From an uncultured Bacteroidales bacterium (GTDB lineage Bacteria > Bacteroidota > Bacteroidia > Bacteroidales > UBA932), in the NCBI GenBank assembly GCA_904501835.1, contig CAJGBW010000001.1:2441-66440 (forward strand): 64,000 bases of DNA, in the 5' to 3' direction. Positions within the stretch are counted from its first letter, which is position 1. Each line of letters begins with the position of its first letter. The notes under the pieces were generated by a model. It ran no database searches. It saw nothing but the letters and a program-made list of their open reading frames with translations, and was not told the DNA's origin. Position numbers and translations under genes: made by a program. Shown here piece after piece: positions 30,336 through 39,900 of the stretch.

Positions 30336-31784
30336 ATGAAAAGTGTAAAATATATTTTGATTTCAGCTTTGTCTGTGCTTCTCGTCTCTTCTTGTGGAAA
30401 GATGTTGGATGAGATTGCCCCCAAAGGCGCCATCAGTACTGAAGATTTGTCTGATGGTGATATTGCCCTTTTGTCCAATGGTGTGATGCACCAGTTTGAG
30501 GCCATCGTGAGCAATTTGTGGTTTGAGGGAGATTTTCTCGCAGAGAACTTTACCGGTGGCCCTGGCTTTACCATTGCTGACCCCCATTCAGACACCCAGT
30601 CTGCATCTTCTTCCACCGCACTTTCCCGTTGGACATATTGCTATGGTAAACTTCAGTATGCCAACCTTTTGTTGGATGCTGCTCAAGGAAATACCTCTGT
30701 CAATGCCAAGAAAGCGCTTGCTACAGGTCATTTCTTCCGTGCTTACATCTATTTCAATCTGGTTACCCGTTATGGTGGTGTTCCCATCATCAAAACTCCT
30801 ACCAATCTTGACAATAGTGTTCCCCGCGCGTCAGAAGCAGAGGTGTGGAATTTTATTCGCGAAGACCTCAATGCGGCAGAAACCTATATGGCCGGTATGG
30901 CTTATGAGGGTTATGCCTATGTTTCTATCGAGGCTATCAAGACGCTGGATGCCAAGGTTGATTTGTGGTGTGGTGACTATACCAATGCCATTTCCAAGGC
31001 CGACGATGTGATTTCTTCTTCTGCCGGATTTGCCTTGACCAATACTTCTGCCTCTTGGGCTGAAATGTTCATCTTTGGAAACAAATCCAGCGAGGTGATT
31101 TTTGCCCCCGTCAACATCCGTAATACAGATTACATCCGTATTTATGAGAAGGTAAATGATACCGACGGTTCGTTCAACTATTCGGCAGACCCTGCTATTT
31201 ATAGTGGCTTGTTTGCCGATGTGACCGAGAAATCCGGTGATATTCGTGCCGTCGCTACTTTTGGAGACGATAAAACACGTGTAATCAAGTTCCCCAACGG
31301 ACAAGGTGGCCAGTATATCAAGAATGAAAAACCTTCCGAGTCTCCTTTGCTCGTATTCCGTCTGGCTGATGTGTATGCGATTAAGGCAGAGGCACAATGG
31401 CTCGGTGGCAGTTTGAATGACGCCAAAGCGACCTTGAAGACCTGGATGGATGCTCGTTACAACAGCGTGGATTTGTCAGCTGTTACGACCGATGAGGCTT
31501 TTGAGGCGGTACTTTTGGATGAGTATCAGCGCGAATTCTTTGCTGAAGGTCGTCGTTGGTTTGATATCAAGCGTCTGTCTATCCGTCGTCACGGTTATGT
31601 GGATGCCAACAACTACCAATCCGGAAACTTTACTACTTGGATCAAGGCTATTTACCCGGGTCAGACCGGCTATGCTGTGGATGGTTGGAATGACCGTCAC
31701 CAGTTGATGTACTGGCCTATTCCCCAGGCTCAAAGAGACCAGTCTTATGGCGCTTTGACCCAGAACCCCGGTTACGAACAATAA
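30336..31784 (+). CDS. susD: SusD/RagB lipoprotein
   Basis: Lipobox VSSC; FFRAYIYFNLVTRYGGVP, FRLADVY, EFFAEGRRWFDIKR, WPIP, LTQNPGY. Confidence 0.93.
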   Translation: MKSVKYILISALSVLLVSSCGKMLDEIAPKGAISTEDLSDGDIALLSNGVMHQFEAIVSNLWFEGDFLAENFTGGPGFTIADPHSDTQSASSSTALSRWTYCYGKLQYANLLLDAAQGNTSVNAKKALATGHFFRAYIYFNLVTRYGGVPIIKTPTNLDNSVPRASEAEVWNFIREDLNAAETYMAGMAYEGYAYVSIEAIKTLDAKVDLWCGDYTNAISKADDVISSSAGFALTNTSASWAEMFIFGNKSSEVIFAPVNIRNTDYIRIYEKVNDTDGSFNYSADPAIYSGLFADVTEKSGDIRAVATFGDDKTRVIKFPNGQGGQYIKNEKPSESPLLVFRLADVYAIKAEAQWLGGSLNDAKATLKTWMDARYNSVDLSAVTTDEAFEAVLLDEYQREFFAEGRRWFDIKRLSIRRHGYVDANNYQSGNFTTWIKAIYPGQTGYAVDGWNDRHQLMYWPIPQAQRDQSYGALTQNPGYEQ

Positions 31785-31801
31785 AATTTAATAACTCAAA
31801 T

Positions 31802-33451
31802 ATGAAAAAGAATCTTTTTAGAACGCTTGTTGCGGCAATGGCTGTTTTTGTCGCAAGTTGTACCTCTGAAGGAAATGGCGGTGGAGAAACAGCGCTCAAT
31901 CCCAATTTTGACATTAACCCTGCAAAACCTGCGGCTGGTGCATCGGTTTCTTTCCAAAGCACCACGACCGGTGGCAGTGGTGACTACACCTACAAATGGA
32001 CGGTAGATAACAAAGTGCAGTCAGAGACTTCCGCCTTGTTGACCTATACCTTCAAAACCGGTGGTGCCTTCGTGGTAAGATTGGATGTGACCGATGGTTC
32101 CGGAAAATCTGCATACAAGAGAAAAACGGTTGTGGTAGCGGCTCCTGCTGTGGCTGAGACCGGTGAACTTACCTTGAACTGGTTGGGTAAGATGATGGGT
32201 TATAGCACCATTTCTACCCCTGCAATTGCTGATGATGGCTCAATTTATTCAACATGCCGTAACGGTAAACTCTACAAATGGAGCACTACTGGTTCTTCTG
32301 TATGGGAGAAAGAAATCTGGAAAGAGTCAACAGCTGTGAGTGGTTATGGTACTCCTGTGATTGATACCGACGGCACTATCTTCATCTCTGGTGGTGATGG
32401 TGGTACTGGCAATGGTGTATTGAAGGCTTTCGCTGCCAACGGAACTGAAAAATGGAAATTTACCGAGTGGTATCGCGCTGATGGCAGCACACCTGCTCCC
32501 AGCTGTACCGCTACGCTTCCTTCTTTGGGTGCTACCAATTTGTACTTCGGTCACACCGGACAGAATGGTATTGTTGCTTCCATCAACAAAGCAACCGGTA
32601 AACGTAATGGTTTTGCCGCTCCTGCAGGTGGTGCCCGTCAGGGTATTGCTTTGACCAGCACCGGTAAGATCGCTTGGATGGGTGGTACTTTCGGTTTGTT
32701 CGGTATGTCTACTGCCACCATCGATAATTCCGGTAATGCTCCTATGCAACACACCTGGCGTATCTTTAGTGATGGCGTTGAGAAATCTACCCAGAACCCC
32801 ATGGGTGGTATGGCGCTTACCAAAATTGATGGCAAATATTATATTTGTGGTATCGCTACTGATGAGAGAGGAACCAAGGTTTATGCGGTAAGCATGGACA
32901 ACGGTGAGGCACTCAGCGTTACCTATATCGAGGATACTGAAGCACAGGACCAGGGTGGTGTCGTAATTGATGCTGATGGCAACATCGTAGCCGCTTTGAA
33001 CAACACTTTGGGTTCTGCCAATGGTGGCGTTGTGGTTATTAATCCTAAAAACGGTCAGGTGGTATGCCGCTACAGAACCGCAGAGAAAGTTTCCGGTTCT
33101 CCCGCTATTGACAAGGCTGGTAATATCCACTTCGGTACAGAGTCCGGTTACTACTATGTGGTAAATCCCGAGGGTAGCGACTGTGAGTTGCTCGTGAAGA
33201 GAAACTTGGCTGACATCATTTTGGCTGACAGCCGTTACAAAAACGAGACTCACTTGTCAAAATTGTACACCGCTAAAATCTGGTGTTCTCCCGTTATCGG
33301 AGACGATGGTAAGATTTTCATTACCTTCACCGATGATGAGACCCGTGCATTCGGTGGTCTTGTTTGTTTGAGCTACGAGGGTTGTAAAGGTCCTGCAGCA
33401 TCTAACTGGCCTATGTACGGACAGAACCGTCGTCATACCAACACGTTCTAA
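31802..33451 (+). CDS. Lipoprotein with PKD domain and PQQ-type beta-propeller
   Basis: Lipobox VASC; YTYKWTVD..YTF...G.FVVRLDVTD; blades STPAIADDGSIY, TPVIDTDGTIF, SPAIDKAGNIHFG. Confidence 0.8.
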   Translation: MKKNLFRTLVAAMAVFVASCTSEGNGGGETALNPNFDINPAKPAAGASVSFQSTTTGGSGDYTYKWTVDNKVQSETSALLTYTFKTGGAFVVRLDVTDGSGKSAYKRKTVVVAAPAVAETGELTLNWLGKMMGYSTISTPAIADDGSIYSTCRNGKLYKWSTTGSSVWEKEIWKESTAVSGYGTPVIDTDGTIFISGGDGGTGNGVLKAFAANGTEKWKFTEWYRADGSTPAPSCTATLPSLGATNLYFGHTGQNGIVASINKATGKRNGFAAPAGGARQGIALTSTGKIAWMGGTFGLFGMSTATIDNSGNAPMQHTWRIFSDGVEKSTQNPMGGMALTKIDGKYYICGIATDERGTKVYAVSMDNGEALSVTYIEDTEAQDQGGVVIDADGNIVAALNNTLGSANGGVVVINPKNGQVVCRYRTAEKVSGSPAIDKAGNIHFGTESGYYYVVNPEGSDCELLVKRNLADIILADSRYKNETHLSKLYTAKIWCSPVIGDDGKIFITFTDDETRAFGGLVCLSYEGCKGPAASNWPMYGQNRRHTNTF

Positions 33452-33465
33452 TCGTGAAATTGATA

Positions 33466-34557
33466 ATGAAAACAATTGTTAAATCTCTTTTAGTTTTGGT
33501 GGCAGGCTGCCTGATGACGGTGGCCTGCACCAAAGCGTCTGATAATGGTGGAGGTGGAAATACCGGTGGAACAGGAAATACCCCTCCTCCGTCTGTCCCC
33601 GGTGGCGATATCCCTGGTGGTGGAAGTGGCGGAAGCACCGCTTCTTCAACGACCTTGTTGAGTTTGTTGGATGGTCTGATTGAAGAATATAATTACACAG
33701 CAGTGCCCGCCAAGAAAATCTTTTTGGTAGCACACCGTGCCAATACGTATAACGGCTATCTCAAAGGTATTCCTGAAAACTCCATTCCCGCGATTGAGGA
33801 AGCCATCAAACAGGGCTCCGATATGGTCGAGTTGGACGTTCGTCCGACCAGCGACGGCGTCTTGATGATTATGCATGATGAGTCTGTAGCTGCGACGACC
33901 AACGGCGGAAACAAACTGATTACCAACATGACCTATGATGAGGTCAAGGCTTTGAAAATGAAAGCCCGTGGTTCTTCTTCCTACTATAATAATGGTACCG
34001 TGAAGGTCCCGACTTTGAAAGAGGCTTTGGCGGCTTGCAAGGGTAAGATTTATGTCAATCTGGACCTTTCCGGAAAGAATTGTTCTCCGACAGCCATTGT
34101 TCGCGCCATTGCTGAAACCGGAACTGTCGGTCAGGTCATGATTTTCGGTGCCTCAGGTGCTAAAGAGCAAAAGGAATATATCGAGAAAGGATATAATCTT
34201 TGCGGAGATTATCTTGCTGTCCATCCTTATATCAGCAAACCCGACGATATCAATAACTATGATGGCTCTTATTATGGTTGTGCCAAACTTTTCCAATATA
34301 GTTATGATACTTATTACAGTGGTACCATTGCAAACTTTGGTAGCAAATGCCACGCAAATGGCGGTTTGTCTTATTCCAACGCATTGGATACGCAAGGTAA
34401 TGAAATCAAAAGCTGGTATGACAATTATGGTAAAAAGGGCATAAAAGGCGGCTCTTGCAAGTCTATTGACCGCTTTATTGCTTCCGGTTCCGATTTCTTG
34501 CAGGTGGATTATCACGAATGTGCAGATATGTACTTGAAAGAAAAAGGTCTTCGTTAA
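33466..34557 (+). CDS. Glycerophosphodiester phosphodiesterase family lipoprotein
   Basis: Lipobox TVAC, Gly/Pro linker; VAHRA, PENSI, VELDVRPTSDGVLMIMHD, VPTLKEAL. Confidence 0.88.
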   Translation: MKTIVKSLLVLVAGCLMTVACTKASDNGGGGNTGGTGNTPPPSVPGGDIPGGGSGGSTASSTTLLSLLDGLIEEYNYTAVPAKKIFLVAHRANTYNGYLKGIPENSIPAIEEAIKQGSDMVELDVRPTSDGVLMIMHDESVAATTNGGNKLITNMTYDEVKALKMKARGSSSYYNNGTVKVPTLKEALAACKGKIYVNLDLSGKNCSPTAIVRAIAETGTVGQVMIFGASGAKEQKEYIEKGYNLCGDYLAVHPYISKPDDINNYDGSYYGCAKLFQYSYDTYYSGTIANFGSKCHANGGLSYSNALDTQGNEIKSWYDNYGKKGIKGGSCKSIDRFIASGSDFLQVDYHECADMYLKEKGLR

Positions 34558-34575
34558 TAATTAAAAATCAAGATT

Positions 34576-36795
34576 ATGAAGAAACATTTATTTTGTTTGA
34601 GCACATTGATTTTAGCGTTGGCATCTTGTCAAAAGTCTGAAATTAAGGAGCCGGGTAACTCCGATGGAGATAACGGTGGTGCTACAGGTAGTAATCTCGT
34701 TCAACTCTGGGGACGTACCGCTGAAGGATTGTGGACAAGTGCTTCAGAGATTGGTGTTTATACCTCTGATGAGACCAACTCCAAATTTACGGTGAATTAT
34801 CTTCCCGAGTCTGCTGCCCAGCAGGATCGTGCTTATTTCGAGGGTAGAATGACTCCCGAATGTGTCGTTTTCGGTGCATACACGCCTTATAGCGCTGATG
34901 CCGGCGACAATTTGACACGTGTGCTTACCACGATTCCTGAGACTATCCAGAACGGGGATGCTTTGGCTCAATTTGATGTGGCTGCTTATGAGGAAGACGC
35001 CGACATTAAATTCAACTTCAAGAAGAAATTGGCGACGGTAGAGTTGTCATTCTCCAATGTAGCCGGCTCCTATATCGAGAATGCCGAAATCACTAAGATT
35101 GAGTTTGAATCCGTTCGTGGAATTGTAGGTACTTATACTGCTGACCTTTCTCAGCCCGATCTTCCCCTCTCTCCTGTCAATGAGTCCAATCGCTTGACCA
35201 TCAATGTCGGCAGAGAAAAACTCACCGAGAGTTTTGTCGCAAGAGCGGCTATCGCTGCCCGCTGGAAAGGCTCCGACCAGATTACGGTGTCTATTAACGA
35301 TGGTGCCTATGTGACCAAAGTGGCTCTTTCCAAAGCCGTTGAAGAGGGTTCTGTGGCTAAATTGGTGATTGACGCCAACCAGTTCAATCCTGAAATCAAA
35401 CTCGAGTGGATCAGCCCTGCTTTGGGTACCGAGGGAGGTTTGGAATCACAGGCTCGCGGTAACTGTGTGGCTGTAGATAACAAGGGTAATGCTTATATGC
35501 AGGTTGCCAAAGGTGAAACTAAAATTTACAAACTCAATGCTGCGGATGGTTCCATCGCGTGGAGTTATAATATCGGTTTCACAGGTGACAACAACTCTTC
35601 TCCTTCTTGTGAGCCTGATGGTAGTGTGATTTATGCTTGCGGTGGTACAGGCGGTAGCGGTCGCGTTGTAGCTTTGAATGCTGACGGATCTGCAAAATGG
35701 ACTTTTGCCTCTTCCGATTTTGTCGGATTCAAGGATAATGCACCTACTACTCCGGCTCCGAACTTCAACTGTTCAACGCCTGCTGTCGGCAATACGCATA
35801 TTTATGTAGGTAATGCCGGTACGACAGGAACCGTGGTCTCCATTAATAAATCAACAGGTAAACGTTCTTCCTACATGTCCAATGCGGCAGGAAACGGTGG
35901 CCCTGCGGGTGGTGTGATGTCCGGTGTCGGTATCTCTTCAGCCAACCAGGTAGTCTGCATGGCGGCCTATGGTATCTTCACAGCATCCAAGACTTTGATG
36001 GATACGCCGAATAAGACCTTGGAGGGTGTGGGCGGATATACTCCTTGGAGCCAGAGAATCTGGCACGGTTGGCAGTATAACCAGACCCGTTCTGGATTTG
36101 CTTGCTCTAACATCAATGGGCAGAATGTTATCTGGGGTAACGCTCTGGAGCAAACGAATACCGGTACATACAATCTGAGAGTGTTCTGGAAAGCTGTTTC
36201 CAACGACGACTCCCTCGTGGAGAATTACACCAAACAAGAATTCGGTGCGGAAGCTAATATCCAAAATGTCACAGCACAGGATCAGGGTGGTATCGTAATT
36301 GGCCCGAGAGGTGAGGCTATTGTTTCTTTGAAAGGTACTCCCGGTTCAATCAAGGCGATTGGTACGGATGGTAAAGAGGCTTACTCTTACGTGATGAGCA
36401 AAGGTAAAGATGTCTGTGGCTCTTGCGCAGTGGACAACAATGGTTATATCCACATCGTTTCCGATTACAATAGTGGTGAAGGCGCTATCTATAGCATTGT
36501 AAAACCCAACTACGAGACCAAGACTTGCGAGGTGGTAGCATCTTCTGTATTGCAGGATTTGGCAGAAGGAAAAATGGGTGACAGCAATGCCATCCGCGCC
36601 TGGACTTCTGTAACCTTGGGCAATGACGGAAAAATCTATTTGGGTGTTTCTGCGTTTACCTTGGAAGGATCGGCTTGGAAGAGTCAGAATGCCCGCGTTA
36701 TGTGTTTGTCATACAATGGTGTGACCGGACCGAACGCAACATCTCCTTGGCCTCAGCGTGCAGCTGACTGCCATCATACAGGTGTACAAAAATAA
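34576..36795 (+). CDS. Lipoprotein with fimbrillin-like N-domain and PQQ-type beta-propeller
   Basis: Lipobox LASC; W....EIGVY...AYTPY; blades VAVDNKGNAY, VALNADGSAKW; QDQGG motif shared with 31802..33451. Confidence 0.75.
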   Translation: MKKHLFCLSTLILALASCQKSEIKEPGNSDGDNGGATGSNLVQLWGRTAEGLWTSASEIGVYTSDETNSKFTVNYLPESAAQQDRAYFEGRMTPECVVFGAYTPYSADAGDNLTRVLTTIPETIQNGDALAQFDVAAYEEDADIKFNFKKKLATVELSFSNVAGSYIENAEITKIEFESVRGIVGTYTADLSQPDLPLSPVNESNRLTINVGREKLTESFVARAAIAARWKGSDQITVSINDGAYVTKVALSKAVEEGSVAKLVIDANQFNPEIKLEWISPALGTEGGLESQARGNCVAVDNKGNAYMQVAKGETKIYKLNAADGSIAWSYNIGFTGDNNSSPSCEPDGSVIYACGGTGGSGRVVALNADGSAKWTFASSDFVGFKDNAPTTPAPNFNCSTPAVGNTHIYVGNAGTTGTVVSINKSTGKRSSYMSNAAGNGGPAGGVMSGVGISSANQVVCMAAYGIFTASKTLMDTPNKTLEGVGGYTPWSQRIWHGWQYNQTRSGFACSNINGQNVIWGNALEQTNTGTYNLRVFWKAVSNDDSLVENYTKQEFGAEANIQNVTAQDQGGIVIGPRGEAIVSLKGTPGSIKAIGTDGKEAYSYVMSKGKDVCGSCAVDNNGYIHIVSDYNSGEGAIYSIVKPNYETKTCEVVASSVLQDLAEGKMGDSNAIRAWTSVTLGNDGKIYLGVSAFTLEGSAWKSQNARVMCLSYNGVTGPNATSPWPQRAADCHHTGVQK

Positions 36796-36800
36796 AAATT

Positions 36801-36965
36801 ATGCTTAAAAAGAATCTTATTTGTGGTAATACTATGACAGGAGGGGGACTTTATTCCTCTCCTGCCGTAGTTGTTTTGTTAGCAGAAACCACCTCCCCGT
36901 TGCTGGATTCCCCTGAAGGCGGATTTGATGGCGACGAGGGTTGGATGGATGAAGATGATTTGTAA
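36801..36965 (+). CDS. Small YxxP-motif peptide (54 aa), absent from ORF track
   Basis: MLKKNLICGNTMTGGGLYSSPAVVVLLAETTSPLLDSPEGGFDGDEGWMDEDDL*; fills the gap, 5 nt after upstream stop and 3 nt before next ATG. Confidence 0.7.
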   Translation: MLKKNLICGNTMTGGGLYSSPAVVVLLAETTSPLLDSPEGGFDGDEGWMDEDDL

Positions 36966-36968
36966 ACA

Positions 36969-39900
36969 ATGGTTCGAAGATTTTTCTATTTTTTCGTGAT
37001 GTTTGCATGCGTTATGATTTCGTGTGCACGTATCGATGATACCGTAAGTTCATCACAGAATGATCAGCCACAAATAGAGGATACGGAGAATTCTACGGAT
37101 GAGGATGGGGAGATTGTCGATCCCTATCCTCATGTGGAATTGACAGATACCCTACGCATTGAGTGTAAGGGTGATAACAAAGAGGAAGAAAAGAAAGAAA
37201 ACGCGGAAGGAGAGGATGATACCAAGACCTACCTGAACGCGCAGAATTATATTTATTGGAAGAAAGGCGATAGAATTAAAATCTATTACGCCGATGGCGG
37301 TACCAATTACACGGTATCGGAAATCAAGCATGGCGACCAACAGACTTCGACCTTTGACGCCTTGGTTGATAAAAATGCAAGTTATTACTATGCCTTTTAC
37401 CCGGAAAATATCGAGGCCGTAATGACCGATATTGCGGGGAATGGCGCGTTTGAAGTGGTGATTCCGACCACCCAAGATGGAAAATTCGAAAATTGTCATT
37501 TGGCGATTGGCAAAAGCTCTGCCGAGGATAGGAGTTTTTCATTCAAGAACATCGCCAGTTATATGAAAATAGTCGTGGATGATTTGACCGCGACTTCTCT
37601 GACTTTGTCGGCTCGCGACGAAAACAATGCGATTGTGGGCACTTTGGTGGCTCCCTTTGCCGACGAAGCCGGAAATTTGGGCTCTTTGAGCCTTAAAAAC
37701 GGCACGGGCTCTTCTTCCGTGACCGTCAATTTGGCGTCTGGACGTAAGGCGCCTTGTACCATTTATGTGGCATTGCTGCCGGGTGTGAATTTCTCACAGG
37801 GTTTTCGCCTGCGTTACAACTACGACGCCGAGACCGGACCGGGCTTTGCCTACACCTCCAATCGAAGCATAGAAAGAAAAAAGATATTGAATGTCGGCAC
37901 GCTCTCCAATCGTATTCATACGGATTGGTTTGTCAAGACCGACGGTTCCGTTTCAGACCCGAGTCAGGGTGGAAACAGCTGGGATAATGCGTTGAACACC
38001 GCTGGTTTGGTGGCGTTGTTGAATCAGCCGACCGTTGATGGCGTTCAGGACAACGCGCTGGCATACGATAAGGCCTGTGTATTGGATGGCGCAACCATTC
38101 ATATTGCACAGGGTAACTATACCCTCTCTGAATTGAAACTGTCTGCTACGGGCTACGGCAATTTGGTAAAAGTCCGCATTTTGGGCTCTTATCCGACGGG
38201 TCTGACAGGTACCAATACAAGCGCTACTCGCGATGTCGTGAACAAGAGAACGACATTTGCGGGAAATGGCTCCAGTCGCATACTTTTGGTAGAAGATAAA
38301 GTGGATTTGGCGCTTGATAAGTTGTGGTTTACCGGCGGACGAAGTGCAGAGGGTAAAACACACGAAGGCGGGACCGCTTTAAGAGCTCAATCTACCGCAA
38401 TCGACCAAGCCTCCAATTTGTCTTTGTCTCATTGTGGTTTTGAAGACAACGTGGCTTCCGGTCAGAACGCAGACGGTGGTGCGGTCTATCTTTCTCGTGC
38501 TACCGCCTATATGGAGAATTGTGAGTTTAAGAACAATTCTTGTGGTGAAGGCCAAATCGGTGGAGCCATCAACTTATATGATGATGATTACCATGCGACC
38601 CTGACTTTGAAATCATGTCAATTTAGTGGAAATAAAGCGGGTTTGTCTGGTGGAGCCGTTTCGTGCTCAAAAGGAAGGCTGTATATTTCCGGCACAGAAA
38701 CATCTCCGACTGTTTTTGAAGAGAACAGCGTGACAACAGAAGGTAGGACAACAAGAGGCGGTGCTTTGCTTCTGGCTTATGAAAGTTCTGTTGAGGTAGA
38801 ATACACGAATTTCAAAGGAAATTATGGCATATCAACTGGAAAAGTTGGCACAGAAGGCGGCGCGGTCGCGTTTGCTGAGACTTCCTATGGATCCTTTGAG
38901 CATGTGTCTTTTGTGGGAACAAAAGAGGCGAAGAAGAATGCTGTTCGCAATGGCGCCCATGTTTCTATGGATAATACTTCTAATCCGGCGCAAGCAACAA
39001 CTTTCAAGAACTGTAGTTTTACCAACGGACAGACAAGCAATGTGGCCGGAGCCATCCATATCCGTGAATATTCGAAACTTTCGTTTGAGGATTGTTCCTT
39101 TGCGAATAATACGACTAGTAACTTTGGTGGGGCGCTACATATCAACAATACGAATGCACAGGCGAACTTTACGGATTGTACATTTAGTGAAAATTCCACG
39201 AAAGTATATGGTGCTGCCTTGTCGATGGAAGATGGAACCTGTAATTTTTATAATTGTTCGTTTCAGGATAATGTAGGTCAGTACGGGGCAATCTCTCTCT
39301 ATTTTCAGAAAGATGTAACAAAGGTAAGTCCGAATTTGAATATCTATGGTTGTACCTTCGAGGACAACAGCAGTACCTTGGATGACAATGCAGCGACCCT
39401 AGATGTGCAGAAAAGTGGTGGTGGTGCCATTTATGCCGGACATGGAACGGTGTTCGTGACTTCTTCAGATGGTACAGCAAGCGGTATCAGGACGAGTTTT
39501 ACGAGAAATAGCGCCGTATCAGGCGGTGGTGCTATTTCGCTCATTCCCAATAATGGCGATGTGTCTGCGGATATTCGTTATGCCGATATCAATCAGAATA
39601 CAGCAAGTGAATATGGTGGTGCGATTTATGCGAATGCCGACTTGTCTATGACCGATTGTATCTTGGATAAAAACTCGGCTACGCTCGGAGCATCCGCTTT
39701 GTATGTGTCTGGAAATCTGACTGTTACTGGAAGTGATACGACAAAATGTGCCATTCGTAATCATAGTGAGTCAGTGTCCGGTTCCATAATTCGTTATTCG
39801 ACGACTTCTGCATTAAGTTTTACCAAATGCAAAATTTCTAAGAATACGCTTTCGGATATGAGCGAGCATGGTGCTTACTTCCCGCTGAAAGGTAGCAACA

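Noticed and set aside
23477..36965. YxxP peptides as lasso peptide or other RiPP precursors
   Set aside because: No RRE/PqqD, leader peptidase, cyclase or radical SAM gene in the window; the linkage is to fimbrillin-like lipoproteins
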